Assembly: GCA_964022095.1 (NCBI GenBank)
Contig: CAXHZO010000005.1
Location: 1-64,000 of the forward strand
Direction of reading: 5' to 3'
DNA from: an uncultured Arcobacteraceae bacterium
GTDB lineage: Bacteria; Campylobacterota; Campylobacteria; Campylobacterales; Arcobacteraceae
Length of the DNA: 64,000 bases
This document shows positions 10,472 through 20,892 of this stretch, piece by piece. Every line of letters begins with the position of its first letter. The first letter of the stretch is position 1. The translations under genes were made by a program, and so were the position numbers. The notes under the pieces are model-generated. The model saw only the letters and a list, made by a program, of their open reading frames with translations. It did not search any database and had not been told where the DNA came from.

Positions 10472-11653
10472 TTACCATTTAACTTCGTATTTTTTTCTTA
10501 AATATATTGCTAATGCATTTAGTGATATTAGTATAGATAATAATACCATTATACCAGCAGCTGTTTTTTCTATATACATTCTCTCTGGCATTCCTGCCCA
10601 TGTGAATAATTGAGCAGGCATAACAGTTGCTGCTTGTGTTACCATACTTGGTGCATCTGGAATAAATGCAATCATACCAATAATAATTAGTGGTGCTGTT
10701 TCACCCATTGCTTGTGCTAAACCAATAATAGATCCTGTTAAAACACCAGGAAATGCTAATGGTAATACATGATCTCTTGTAACTTGAATTTTATTTAAGC
10801 CAAGTCCATAACCTGCTTGTCTAATACTATCTGGAACTGCTCTTAATGCTGCTCTTGAACTAACTATAATAATAGGTAAAGTCATAAGTGCCAAAGTTAA
10901 ACCACCAACTAATGGCGAACTTCTTGGCATTCCAAAAAGATTAATAAATATTGCTAAACCTAAAAGTCCAAATAGAATTGAAGGAATTGCTGCAAGGTTA
11001 TTAATATTTACTTCAATAAATCTTGTAAATTTATTATCAACTGCAAACTCTTCAAGATAAATTGCAGTCATAACTCCAATAGGAAATGCAACTAACATTG
11101 TAATAATTAGTGTCAAAACTGAACCTATCATTGCAGAGTATAAACCTGCATACTCTGGAATTTTTGAATCACCTCGTGTAAAGAATATAGTATTAAACTC
11201 TTGTTTTATGAAACCTTGTTCAATTAAAGAGTCAACTAGTTTTATATCTTTATCTTTCATTACGTAATGATGACCTTTTATATATTGATCAACTTGGTCA
11301 TCTGCTAATGCCCATAATGAAGTTGTTGTATTCATAAGCTCAGGTCTTTGTTTAACTAAATTTCTAACATCTCTAAGCCATGCTCTTGAAACTACTTTTC
11401 TATATTTTCTATCGATTGCTTTATTATAAACTTTTAGTGTTTTTTCATTAATTGTTACATCAACTTTTACATATGTAATTTTAAAAGCAGGAACCCCTTT
11501 TCCTATAATATCAAATAAAAAGAATGCTAAAAATGCAATTGAAAAAATTAAAGAAGTTAATGTAAACTTTTTAAACCTACTTGCACTTGCATGTCTTCTT
11601 TTTAATGATGGATCATAAAATGGATTGTTTTTGTTTTTGTCTTTTTTACCCAT
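10472..11653 (-). CDS. pstA: phosphate ABC transporter permease
   Basis: [18 protein letters not shown]. Confidence 0.94.
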   Translation of the reverse strand: MGKKDKNKNNPFYDPSLKRRHASASRFKKFTLTSLIFSIAFLAFFLFDIIGKGVPAFKITYVKVDVTINEKTLKVYNKAIDRKYRKVVSRAWLRDVRNLVKQRPELMNTTTSLWALADDQVDQYIKGHHYVMKDKDIKLVDSLIEQGFIKQEFNTIFFTRGDSKIPEYAGLYSAMIGSVLTLIITMLVAFPIGVMTAIYLEEFAVDNKFTRFIEVNINNLAAIPSILFGLLGLAIFINLFGMPRSSPLVGGLTLALMTLPIIIVSSRAALRAVPDSIRQAGYGLGLNKIQVTRDHVLPLAFPGVLTGSIIGLAQAMGETAPLIIIGMIAFIPDAPSMVTQAATVMPAQLFTWAGMPERMYIEKTAAGIMVLLSILISLNALAIYLRKKYEVKW

Positions 11654-11661
11654 GATTTACC

Positions 11662-12591
11662 TTATAGTGTATTGATTTTATATTTCTCTTTGAACTTTCT
11701 AATTAAAGAAAGAGAAATCATATTTAATATTAAAGTTACAATAAATAGCATCAGTCCTAATGCAAATGCAGATAATGTTGCAGGTGAATTAAATTCAAAG
11801 TCACCAACTAATGAATTAACAATTGTAACTGTAACTGTTGTCATATCTTCAAGTGGATTCCATGATAAATTAGGTCTAAGTCCTGCTGCCATAACAACAA
11901 TCATTGTCTCACCTAAAGCTTTTGATAATCCTAAAAGTGAAGCTGAAATAATACCTGGCATTGCAGATGGTAAAACAATATTTCTAATTACTTCACCATG
12001 TGTTAGTCCAAGTCCATAAGCAGCTTTTCTTTGAGAATCAGGTACTGATCTAATTACATCATCAGATAGTGAAGAAATTACTGGAATAATCATGATCCCC
12101 ATAACAACCCCAGATGCTAATGCACTATTAAAAGTCGCATCTAATCCAATTGCTCCAGCCATTTTTACAATAAGAGGAGCTACTGTAATTGCTGCAAAGA
12201 AACCATATACAACAGTAGGAATACCTGCAAGTACTTCTAATATAGGTTTTAAATAATCTCTTAATTTTAAGTTTGCATACTCACTCATATAAACTGCGCT
12301 TCCTAATCCAATAGGAATAGCAACAAGTAATGCAATAAATGTAATCATAAATGTACCTGCAAAAATAGGTACAGCACCAAATTTACTTCCTACAACTCCA
12401 GGAGACCATTCAGTACCAGTAATAAAGTACCAAAAGCTTCTAAGTTTAAAAAATTCAATAGCTTCAAAAAGTATAGAAAATAAAATACCAAATGTAGTTA
12501 AAATAGATATAGTTGCTGCACTAATTAGTGCTAACTTAATCAATTTTTCGTTTAGTTCTCTTCTTTTTTTATTTGATTCAAAAGTGCTCAA
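11662..12591 (-). CDS. pstC: phosphate ABC transporter permease
   Basis: LAGIPTVVYGFF, LGETMIV. Confidence 0.94.
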   Translation of the reverse strand: MSTFESNKKRRELNEKLIKLALISAATISILTTFGILFSILFEAIEFFKLRSFWYFITGTEWSPGVVGSKFGAVPIFAGTFMITFIALLVAIPIGLGSAVYMSEYANLKLRDYLKPILEVLAGIPTVVYGFFAAITVAPLIVKMAGAIGLDATFNSALASGVVMGIMIIPVISSLSDDVIRSVPDSQRKAAYGLGLTHGEVIRNIVLPSAMPGIISASLLGLSKALGETMIVVMAAGLRPNLSWNPLEDMTTVTVTIVNSLVGDFEFNSPATLSAFALGLMLFIVTLILNMISLSLIRKFKEKYKINTL

Positions 12592-12624
12592 TACTTTTGC
12601 CTTTGTGTTTAATTTTATAGTGTG

Positions 12625-12657
12625 ATTTTAATAAAAGTGGGTTACATTTTGGTTACA
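12625..12657 (-). promoter_or_regulatory. putative pho box plus -10 upstream of pstC
   Basis: minus strand TGTAACC-N4-TGTAACC (11-bp period), 9 nt, TAAAAT. Confidence 0.7.
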
Positions 12658-12715
12658 AGGTTTGAGTTTCGAGGTTTGATTGTATAGATAATTTAAGAGG
12701 ATTGTATTATGTATG

Positions 12716-12743
12716 TAAAGAGGAGGAGGGCATCTCCTCTTTA
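12716..12743 (-). terminator. hairpin after pstS (stabiliser or partial terminator)
   Basis: TAAAGAGGAG / CTCCTCTTTA 10-bp stem just after the pstS stop; weak U tract. Confidence 0.6.
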
Positions 12744-12748
12744 ATTAA

Positions 12749-13810
12749 TTAGTGTTTTTTAGATAAGTCTTCTAAAGTTAATTTTGCTCTTTTTGTAACA
12801 GATGCTTTAATAGCTTCTCTTTGTGCATCAGGTAAAGAAATTAATCCAATTTCTCCTAAAATTCCATCAGGCCCAATCATATTTTCCGACATAAATAAAT
12901 TTACGTAATCTTTGATTGCTGGTACATCTTTTTCGTGATCATTTTTGATGTAGAAAAATAATGATCTAGATACTGGATACTTTCCAGAAGAGATAGTATC
13001 AGCAGCTGGTTTAACACCATTGATTGTAGCTCCTGCAACTTTATCTTCGTTTTCAATTAAGAAAGAAAAACCAAATACACCGAATGCTGCTTTGTTTTTA
13101 TCTAATTTTTGAACAATTAAGTTATCATTTTCACCAGACTCAACATAAGCACCATCTGTTCTAACTACAGAGTATTTTTTATATTTTTTGTTAGCTTTTT
13201 TATCTGCTTTATATAAATCAGTATATACGTTCATTTTTTTGAATGTTTTTTGCATTACTAATTCTTCGAATGCATCTCTAGTTCCTGATGATTTTGGTGG
13301 TCCGTAAACAATGATTTCTCTATTTGGTAATGAAGCGTCAATATCTGACCATTTTTTATATGGGTTAGCAATTAATGATTTACCATCTTTAGAAGGTACT
13401 TCTTTAGCAACTGCTAATGCTAAATGTTCTCTTGAAATATCAAAAGCTGCATTTGATTTTGCTTGTGCAAATGCAATACCATCATAACCAATCACTGCCT
13501 CAGTAATATTTGTTACACCATTTTCAGCACACATTTTGAACTCTTTTGCTTTCATTCTTCTTGAAGCATTAGTAATATCTGGAGTATCTAATCCAACACC
13601 AGCACAAAATAATTTTGCTCCACCACCTGAACCAGTTGACTCTACTACTGGAGTTGGGTATTTTGAAGTTGCACCTAATTCTTCTGCTACTGCAGATGAA
13701 AATGGATATACAGTTGAAGAACCAACGATTTTTACTTGGTCTCTTGCAGATAATGTTGTTGCTAATAATGCACATGCACTTAAAGCTAGTAATGATTTTT
13801 TAATAGTCAT
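12749..13810 (-). CDS. pstS: phosphate ABC transporter substrate-binding protein
   Basis: Signal peptide; IVGSSTVYP, STGSGGG, SSGTRDAF, YPVSRSLFFY. Confidence 0.93.
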   Translation of the reverse strand: MTIKKSLLALSACALLATTLSARDQVKIVGSSTVYPFSSAVAEELGATSKYPTPVVESTGSGGGAKLFCAGVGLDTPDITNASRRMKAKEFKMCAENGVTNITEAVIGYDGIAFAQAKSNAAFDISREHLALAVAKEVPSKDGKSLIANPYKKWSDIDASLPNREIIVYGPPKSSGTRDAFEELVMQKTFKKMNVYTDLYKADKKANKKYKKYSVVRTDGAYVESGENDNLIVQKLDKNKAAFGVFGFSFLIENEDKVAGATINGVKPAADTISSGKYPVSRSLFFYIKNDHEKDVPAIKDYVNLFMSENMIGPDGILGEIGLISLPDAQREAIKASVTKRAKLTLEDLSKKH

Positions 13811-13841
13811 TTTTGTCTCCGTTTTAATTTGTTATGGTGAA

Positions 13842-13874
13842 ATTATAATAAGTGTTGATTACAATTTGGTTACT
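13842..13874 (-). promoter_or_regulatory. putative pho box plus -10 upstream of pstS
   Basis: minus strand AGTAACC-N4-TGTAATC (11-bp period), 9 nt, TATAAT. Confidence 0.7.
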
Positions 13875-13976
13875 TTATAAAAGTAGCCATATAAAAGGGA
13901 GTTGTATGGGGGAGTTATATTATTTTTTTGTAGTGTGTGTAAGTTTTATTTAATTGAATCATTAAAAGTTAGTGGA

Positions 13977-15044
13977 TTATAATCCACTAGCTTCTATTAG
14001 TTTAGATTGATGATCAGCAATAAGAGGATCAATTACTTCATCAAACAAACCATCGTTCATAATCGCATCAAGTCTATATAAAGTCAAGTTTATTCTGTGG
14101 TCACTAATTCTTCCTTGTGGATAATTATAAGTTCTAATTCTTCCACTTCTATCACCAGTACCAACTTGTTCTTTTCTAGTAGCACCTTCAGCATCCATTT
14201 TCTCAGCCATTTGAATTTCATAAAGCCTAGCTTTTAAAACTTTCATAGCTTTATCTTTGTTCTTATGTTGAGATTTTTGATCTTGGTTTGTTACTACAAG
14301 TCCCGTTGGAATATGAGTGATTCTAACAGCCGAGTCTGTAGTATTTACAGATTGTCCACCATTTCCACTGGCTCTCATAACATCAATTTTAAGATCATTT
14401 GGATCTATTTGAACATCAACATCATCAACTTCTGGCATTACAGCAACTGTAATAGCTGAAGTATGAACTCTTCCTTGAGATTCTGTTGCAGGAACTCTTT
14501 GTACTCTGTGAGTACCACCTTCAAATTTTAACTTTGAATATACGTGGTCACCTTTAACTAAAAATACCATCTCTTTGTATCCACCAGATTCACTCTCACT
14601 TGAGTTCATGATTTCAACTTTCCAGTTATTATTTTCTGCATATCTTAGATATGCTCTAAATAAGTCACCTACGAAGATAGCAGCTTCATCTCCACCTGTT
14701 CCAGCTCTAAGCTCCAAATAGATATTTTTATCATCATTTGGATCTTTAGGAATCATCAAGAATTTAATTTCTTCTTCCAGTTGGGGTTTTCTATTTTCTA
14801 AGTCTTTTAACTCTTCTTTAGCTAACTCTCCAAGCTCTGGATCATCTAATATAGACTTATTTTCATCGATATCATCTAAAATCCCAATGTACTCTTTTGC
14901 TTTAAGTACTATTGGTTCAATACTTGACTGCTCTTTTGAAAGTTCAGTCATTTTCTTTATATCACTAGTTATGTCTGGAGCAATAAGTAAATTATTTATT
15001 TCTTCAAACCTATTGATGAAAGGTTGTAGTCTATCTTTTATCAT
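13977..15044 (-). CDS. prfA: peptide chain release factor 1
   Basis: GGQ motif, PAT tripeptide (RVPATES), IRTYNYPQ. Confidence 0.97.
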   Translation of the reverse strand: MIKDRLQPFINRFEEINNLLIAPDITSDIKKMTELSKEQSSIEPIVLKAKEYIGILDDIDENKSILDDPELGELAKEELKDLENRKPQLEEEIKFLMIPKDPNDDKNIYLELRAGTGGDEAAIFVGDLFRAYLRYAENNNWKVEIMNSSESESGGYKEMVFLVKGDHVYSKLKFEGGTHRVQRVPATESQGRVHTSAITVAVMPEVDDVDVQIDPNDLKIDVMRASGNGGQSVNTTDSAVRITHIPTGLVVTNQDQKSQHKNKDKAMKVLKARLYEIQMAEKMDAEGATRKEQVGTGDRSGRIRTYNYPQGRISDHRINLTLYRLDAIMNDGLFDEVIDPLIADHQSKLIEASGL

Positions 15045-15063
15045 ATATGTTTCTATCTTCTAA

Positions 15064-15324
15064 TTATATAGCGTTAACTTTAACTTGTAATCTAGAAACT
15101 TTTCTAGCAGCATTCCCTTTTTTTAAGATACCTTTTGAAACACAATGGTGTAGGTACTTATTTGCAGCTTTCATTGATTCTACTGCTTTATCTTTGTCTG
15201 CAGCTTCGATTGCAGCTGATACTTCTTTGATTACATTTTTAATTCTAGTTTTGTAGAATCTGTTTCTTTCAGTTCTAACCTTAGTTTGTCTAGCTCTTTT
15301 CTCGCAAGATTTGTGATTTGCCAT
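15064..15324 (-). CDS. rpsT: 30S ribosomal protein S20
   Basis: [20 protein letters not shown]. Confidence 0.97.
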   Translation of the reverse strand: MANHKSCEKRARQTKVRTERNRFYKTRIKNVIKEVSAAIEAADKDKAVESMKAANKYLHHCVSKGILKKGNAARKVSRLQVKVNAI

Positions 15325-15408
15325 TATATTTTAACCTCTTTATAAAATTTTTAAGGGTAGAATGTTATCCAAAAGAACTTAAAGAAAGTTTAAATTTAGG
15401 AAATTTTA

Positions 15409-16743
15409 ATGAAACTATTCGGAACTGACGGCGTTAGAGGAAAGGCTGGTGAGTTTTTAGATGCAATGACTGTACTAAAACTTGCGAAGGCTTCTGGTAT
15501 ATATTTTAGAAAACATTCAACAACTAAGAAAATCTTAGTTGGAAAAGATACTAGAAGAAGTGGTTATATGATTGAAAATGCCCTTGTAAGTGGACTTACA
15601 GCAGTTGGATATGATGTAATTCAAATTGGACCTATGCCAACTCCTGCAGTTGCATATTTAACTGAATCAATGAGATGTGATGCTGGTATTATGATTAGTG
15701 CTTCACATAATCCTTTTGAAGACAATGGGATTAAGTTTTTTGATAATCACGGAAACAAATTAAGTGTGGAATCAGAAAAAGCCATTGAAGATATTTTTAA
15801 CAACAATCATCTAATGATTGATGAGCAAGTTGTTGGTAAAAATATTGGTTCATCAAAAAGAATTGATGATGTTATAGGTAGATATATTGTTTCTATTAAA
15901 AGTTCATTTCCTAGAGACTTGACATTAGCAGGAATGAGGATTGTTTTAGACTGTGCAAATGGAGCAGCATATAAAGTTGCACCTACAATTTTACATGAAT
16001 TAGGTGCAGATGTAATTACAATGAATAACGAACCAGATGGTTTTAATATTAATGAAGATTGTGGAGCAATGCATCCTGAACATGTAGGAAAACTTGTAAA
16101 AAAATATAGAGCTGATATTGGACTTGCCCTTGATGGAGATGCTGATAGATTAGTTGTTATTGATGAAAATGGTGAAATAGTTGATGGTGATAAATTAATT
16201 GGTGCTTTATGTAGTTATTTAAATGATGAAAAACTATTAAAAGGTAATGCCTGTGTTGCTACAGTTATGTCTAATAAAGCACTTGAAGATTATTTAACAT
16301 CAAAAGGTTTAGAACTACATAGATCAAATGTTGGTGATAAGCATGTTCTTGAATTAATGAAAGAAGAGGGCATCAATTTTGGTGGAGAACAAAGTGGGCA
16401 TGTTATTTTCTTAGATGCTGCTAAAACTGGTGATGGTTTAGCTTCAGCTCTTCAAGTACTTGCACTGATTTTAAAAACAGGGAAAAAAGCAAGTGAAGTA
16501 TTAAATCCTTTTGAATTATATCCTCAAATTTTACATAACATGAAAGTTAGTGAGAAAAAACCTTTAGACCAAATTGAAGGTTTACAAGAGATTTTAGAGC
16601 CAATTAGAAAAAAAGGTATAAGAGATTTAATTAGATACTCTGGTACGGAAAATAAAATCAGATTACTACTTGAAGGTAAAAATAAAAAAGATGTAAAAGA
16701 GGGAATGGAAACTCTAAAAGCATTTTTTAAAAAGGCTTTATAG
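15409..16743 (+). CDS. glmM: phosphoglucosamine mutase
   Basis: [34 protein letters not shown]. Confidence 0.96.
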   Translation: MKLFGTDGVRGKAGEFLDAMTVLKLAKASGIYFRKHSTTKKILVGKDTRRSGYMIENALVSGLTAVGYDVIQIGPMPTPAVAYLTESMRCDAGIMISASHNPFEDNGIKFFDNHGNKLSVESEKAIEDIFNNNHLMIDEQVVGKNIGSSKRIDDVIGRYIVSIKSSFPRDLTLAGMRIVLDCANGAAYKVAPTILHELGADVITMNNEPDGFNINEDCGAMHPEHVGKLVKKYRADIGLALDGDADRLVVIDENGEIVDGDKLIGALCSYLNDEKLLKGNACVATVMSNKALEDYLTSKGLELHRSNVGDKHVLELMKEEGINFGGEQSGHVIFLDAAKTGDGLASALQVLALILKTGKKASEVLNPFELYPQILHNMKVSEKKPLDQIEGLQEILEPIRKKGIRDLIRYSGTENKIRLLLEGKNKKDVKEGMETLKAFFKKAL

Positions 16744-16747
16744 TTAA

Positions 16748-17215
16748 ATGAACAGATATATTAAAGTAGCTTTTTTAATATTTTTATCAATATTTATTAT
16801 TGATCAAATAGTAAAGTATGGATTTGCAAATTTTGATTGGAATGTTGCAGGTCCTATTATGTCTTTAGAGCTTGCATATAACTATGGTGTAGCGTTTAAT
16901 ATGTTTAGCTTTTTAGCAGAATATTTAAAATATATTCAATTAGGTATGGTTTTAGCTGCAACTATATATTTATATAAAAACCCAGATGTATTAAAACAGT
17001 ATTATATCCCTGTTGCATTACTTTATGCAGGAGGTTTATCAAATATTCTTGATAGGTTTACTTATGGTGCAGTTGTGGATTACTTTTACTGGCATTATGG
17101 ATTTGAGTTTGCAATATTTAATATAGCTGATGTAATTATAAATTTAGCAGTTGCAATTATAATTTATATGCAGATTAAACAAGCAAGAAAAGAGAAAAGA
17201 GAAGCTAAAAATTAG
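16748..17215 (+). CDS. lspA: lipoprotein signal peptidase II
   Basis: DQIVK, NYGVAF, NILDR, VVDY, FNIAD. Confidence 0.93.
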   Translation: MNRYIKVAFLIFLSIFIIDQIVKYGFANFDWNVAGPIMSLELAYNYGVAFNMFSFLAEYLKYIQLGMVLAATIYLYKNPDVLKQYYIPVALLYAGGLSNILDRFTYGAVVDYFYWHYGFEFAIFNIADVIINLAVAIIIYMQIKQARKEKREAKN

Positions 17216-17286
17216 ATTTAATTTTTGTAGCTTAACACAAATTTGGATATAATCCAAAAAAATTTTAGAAATGACAGGAAGATATG

Positions 17287-18567
17287 ATGGGTCAAACTAT
17301 AACAGAAAAAATATTTAGTGAGCATGTAGGAAGAGAAGTATATGCAGGAGAAATTGTAAGAAGTCCAATTGATATGGTAATTGGAAATGATATTACAACT
17401 CCAATTTCTATTAGAGCATTTGAAGAGAGTGGTAGAGAAAAATTAGCAAATCCAGAAGGTTTTGCAATTGTACTTGATCACTTTATCCCTGCAAAAGATA
17501 TTGCAAGTGCAAACCAAGCAAAGATTTCAAGAGATTTTGCTTTAAAACATGATTTAAAATATTTCTTTGATGAAAAAGATATGGGAATTGAGCATGCATT
17601 ATTACCTGAAAAAGGTTTAGTTTTACCAGGAGATGTAATCATTGGTGCTGATTCACATACATGTACACATGGTGGATTAGGAGCATTTTCTACTGGTATG
17701 GGTAGTACAGATATTTCATTTGGTATGATTACTGGTGGAAACTGGTTTAAAGTTCCTGAAGCTATTAAAGTAGTATTTAAAGGTAAGCCAGGTGATCAAA
17801 TTACTGGTAAAGATTTAATTTTAGAAATTATTAGAATATTAGGTGTTGATGGTGCTTTATATAAAACTTTAGAGTTTACTGGTGAAGCTATTCAATACTT
17901 ATCTATGGATGATAGATTCTCTTTATGTAATATGGCTATTGAAGCAGGTGCTAAAAATGGTATTGTTGCATATGATGATGTTACTAAAGAGTTTTTAGAG
18001 CAAACAGCTGAACTTAATGGTGGATTAAGAGCAGAGCCTAAAATTCATTATAGTGATGAAGACGCTGTTTATACTCAAGTTATTGAAATTGATACAGATA
18101 AGTTAGAGCCTGTAATTGCTTATCCATTCTTACCATCAAATGGTCATAGTGTTTCAAAAGCAGTTGAAGATAACATTAAAGTAGACCAAGTATTTATTGG
18201 TTCTTGTACTAATGGTAGATTATCTGACTTTAAAGTAGCAGCTGAAATTTTAGAAGGTAAAAAAGTAGCTAGGCATGTTAGACTTATTTTAACTCCAGGT
18301 ACTCAAAAGATTTTAAGAGATGCAACAAAAGCAGGTTACATTGATATTTTAGTTGATGCTGGTGGTGTTGTATCTAATCCTACATGTGGAGCATGTTTAG
18401 GTGGATATATGGGAATCTTAGGAGATGAAGAAGTTTGTATCTCTACAACTAATAGAAACTTTGTAGGTAGAATGGGATCAAGAAGCTCAAAAATCTACTT
18501 AGCAAATAGTGCAGTTGCAGCTGCTTCTGCAATCTCTGGATATATTACAGACCCTAGAAGTTTATAA
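17287..18567 (+). CDS. leuC: 3-isopropylmalate dehydratase large subunit
   Basis: GADSHTCT, GSCTNGR, CGACLG, STTNRNFVGRMG. Confidence 0.92.
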   Translation: MGQTITEKIFSEHVGREVYAGEIVRSPIDMVIGNDITTPISIRAFEESGREKLANPEGFAIVLDHFIPAKDIASANQAKISRDFALKHDLKYFFDEKDMGIEHALLPEKGLVLPGDVIIGADSHTCTHGGLGAFSTGMGSTDISFGMITGGNWFKVPEAIKVVFKGKPGDQITGKDLILEIIRILGVDGALYKTLEFTGEAIQYLSMDDRFSLCNMAIEAGAKNGIVAYDDVTKEFLEQTAELNGGLRAEPKIHYSDEDAVYTQVIEIDTDKLEPVIAYPFLPSNGHSVSKAVEDNIKVDQVFIGSCTNGRLSDFKVAAEILEGKKVARHVRLILTPGTQKILRDATKAGYIDILVDAGGVVSNPTCGACLGGYMGILGDEEVCISTTNRNFVGRMGSRSSKIYLANSAVAAASAISGYITDPRSL

Positions 18568-19127
18568 TGTTTGATATACCATGCGTAATTTTATGCGGTG
18601 GTAAAAGCTCACGAATGGGAGAAGACAAAGCTCTTCTTCCTTTCTCTTCAAAACCCACACTTACACAATACCAATATGACAGATTAAAACCTTTTTTTAG
18701 AAATATTTATATCTCTTCAAAAGTAGATAAGTTTGATTTTGAATGTAAAATAATATATGACAAAGAAGATAATGTCTTTTCTCCTATTATTGCTTTAAAA
18801 TCTATTTTTGATGAATTAAAAAATGAAGAAAAAGTATTTATTATTACAGTTGATACACCTTTAGTAAAAATTGAATCTATTGAAAAATTAATAAACGAAT
18901 CAATAAATAGTGATATTTGTGTTGCTCAAACCCAAAAGATTCATAATTTATGTGGAATCTTTTCAAAAAAAGCAAAAGATATTATAGAAGATATGTTAAA
19001 TCAAGACATACACAAAGTGGGATACTTATTGAAAAGTATGGAAACTAGAATAATTAATTTTGATAATGATGATGAATTTATAAATTTAAATAATATACAA
19101 GAGTATAGAAAGTCACTACTTTTATAA
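18567..19127 (+). CDS. mobA: molybdenum cofactor guanylyltransferase
   Basis: ILCGGKSSRMGEDKALL, VDTP, FINLN. Confidence 0.9.
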   Translation: MFDIPCVILCGGKSSRMGEDKALLPFSSKPTLTQYQYDRLKPFFRNIYISSKVDKFDFECKIIYDKEDNVFSPIIALKSIFDELKNEEKVFIITVDTPLVKIESIEKLINESINSDICVAQTQKIHNLCGIFSKKAKDIIEDMLNQDIHKVGYLLKSMETRIINFDNDDEFINLNNIQEYRKSLLL

Positions 19128-19230
19128 GATATCCTAATATAAAATATAGAAATATAGCTTATAATTATAAGCAAATTATTATCATAGTTTAGTTATCCTT
19201 ATTTATAATAATATGGGAATAAGGATAATC

Positions 19231-20697
19231 ATGGCTAAAAATGAACTAGATGAAGTTTTAGATTTAATAGATTCAGAAATCAAAAAAAGTGGAATTTCAA
19301 GAAGAGAAGCTTTTAAATTAGCAGGTTTAGGTGCTGCTGGTGTTTTAGCTGGCTCAACTCAAGCAAGTGCTGCAACTACTGCAAATGCGAGTGAAGCAAA
19401 AGGTAAAATCTTAATAATTGGTGGTGGATTAGCAGGTATTTCAACTGCTGCTAGACTAGCAAATACTCTAACAACTCCAGATATAACTATCGTTGAACCA
19501 AACGAAAAATCTGTTTCATATCAGCCTGGAAATACATTAATTGCTTCTGGAGTTTACGAAAAATCTGACGTAATGTATGATACAAAAGATTTTTTACCTG
19601 CTGGTGTAAAAATGATAAAAGACAAAGCAGTAGATTTTAATCCAGATGAAAACAAAGTTGTTTTAGGCTCAGGCGAGACTTTAACGTATGATTATTTAAT
19701 TGTAGCTGCTGGATTAGTTTTAGATTTTGGAAAAATCAAAGGTCTTGAAGAAGTTGGAGATGCATATACTGCTGGAGATGCTTCAAAAATTTTAAAAGCA
19801 TTTGGTGATTCTGGGGCAACATCAATTTATAATATTGATAGTGCAGTTGCAACTTGGGAACAGATGCAAAAGTTTATTGAAAAAGCAAAATCTGGCCAAA
19901 AAGTTGAGGGAATTTTTTCTCATCCAAATACATCAATCAAATGTGGTGGTGCACCTAAAAAAATTATGTATTTAGCTAATTCAAGATTAAATGAAGCAGG
20001 TGCTAGAGAGAATGCAAATTTAACTTTCTATCCAAATGGGTCATCTATGTTTGGTGTTAAAGAGTATCATGATGCAATTTTAAAACAGTTTGAACAAAGA
20101 GGTTTTAACTGGCATTACAATCATAATTTAACTGAAGTAGATTTAGATAATAAAATTGCGACATTCAATAAACACTGGAAAGAAAAAGGTGAATGGGATC
20201 CTGATTTAGAAGAGTATGATGAAGTAATCAAAAACAGCTCTGTTGAAGTACCATTTGACTTTTTACATATAACACCTCCAATGAAAGCTCCTGATGAGAT
20301 TGGAAAATCTGCAATTGGTTCAGGAAAAGGATGGATTCCTGTAAATAAAGAGACTTTACAGCATGTTAAATATCCTAATATCTTTTCAATTGGAGATATT
20401 GCTGCTGTTCCTATGGGAAAAACAGGAGGAAGTGTTAGAAAACAATATAAAGTATTAGTAGATAATCTTGTTGCTTTAATGGAAGGTAAAGAGATGAAAG
20501 CTAAATATGACGGGTATACAGTTTGTCCATTAATTACAGATATTGGTAAAGTTATGCTAGCTGAGTTTAACTGGACTAAAAAACCAACTCCATCATTTCC
20601 TTTAGATCCTACACAAGAGAGATATATTTGGTGGTTAATGAAAGTTTACTTATTAAAACCTATGACTCAATATGGTTTATTAAGTGGTAAAGCATAA
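19231..20697 (+). CDS. sqr: Tat-exported FAD-dependent sulfide:quinone oxidoreductase-like protein (type II-like), copy 1
   Basis: SRREAFK twin-Arg signal; IIGGGLAG; IKCGGAPKK and YDGYTVCPLIT...MLAEF Cys motifs; SD AAGGA before ATG 19231. Confidence 0.82.
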   Translation: MAKNELDEVLDLIDSEIKKSGISRREAFKLAGLGAAGVLAGSTQASAATTANASEAKGKILIIGGGLAGISTAARLANTLTTPDITIVEPNEKSVSYQPGNTLIASGVYEKSDVMYDTKDFLPAGVKMIKDKAVDFNPDENKVVLGSGETLTYDYLIVAAGLVLDFGKIKGLEEVGDAYTAGDASKILKAFGDSGATSIYNIDSAVATWEQMQKFIEKAKSGQKVEGIFSHPNTSIKCGGAPKKIMYLANSRLNEAGARENANLTFYPNGSSMFGVKEYHDAILKQFEQRGFNWHYNHNLTEVDLDNKIATFNKHWKEKGEWDPDLEEYDEVIKNSSVEVPFDFLHITPPMKAPDEIGKSAIGSGKGWIPVNKETLQHVKYPNIFSIGDIAAVPMGKTGGSVRKQYKVLVDNLVALMEGKEMKAKYDGYTVCPLITDIGKVMLAEFNWTKKPTPSFPLDPTQERYIWWLMKVYLLKPMTQYGLLSGKA

Positions 20698-20705
20698 TAT
20701 CTTTT

Positions 20706-20738
20706 AATCAATGGGTTATCTTATCCCATTGATTTTTT
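20706..20738 (+). terminator. intrinsic terminator after sqr copy 1
   Basis: AATCAATGGG-N9-CCCATTGATT plus T run. Confidence 0.78.
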
Positions 20739-20892
20739 CTTCTAAAATTTATAAAAAACTACTAAAGAATAATTTAAATCAGTATATTTTACAATAAATA
20801 CATATGCATATAACCTTGTCACTTTTTATAAAAAGTTATATAATTGTAATAGATAAAGAGTATATTATCATATATTATATGAGGAGATTGAG

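Noticed and set aside
13908..13912. Poly-G tract as a phase-variation site
   Set aside because: Only five G, intergenic; too short for the poly-G switches known in Campylobacterota.
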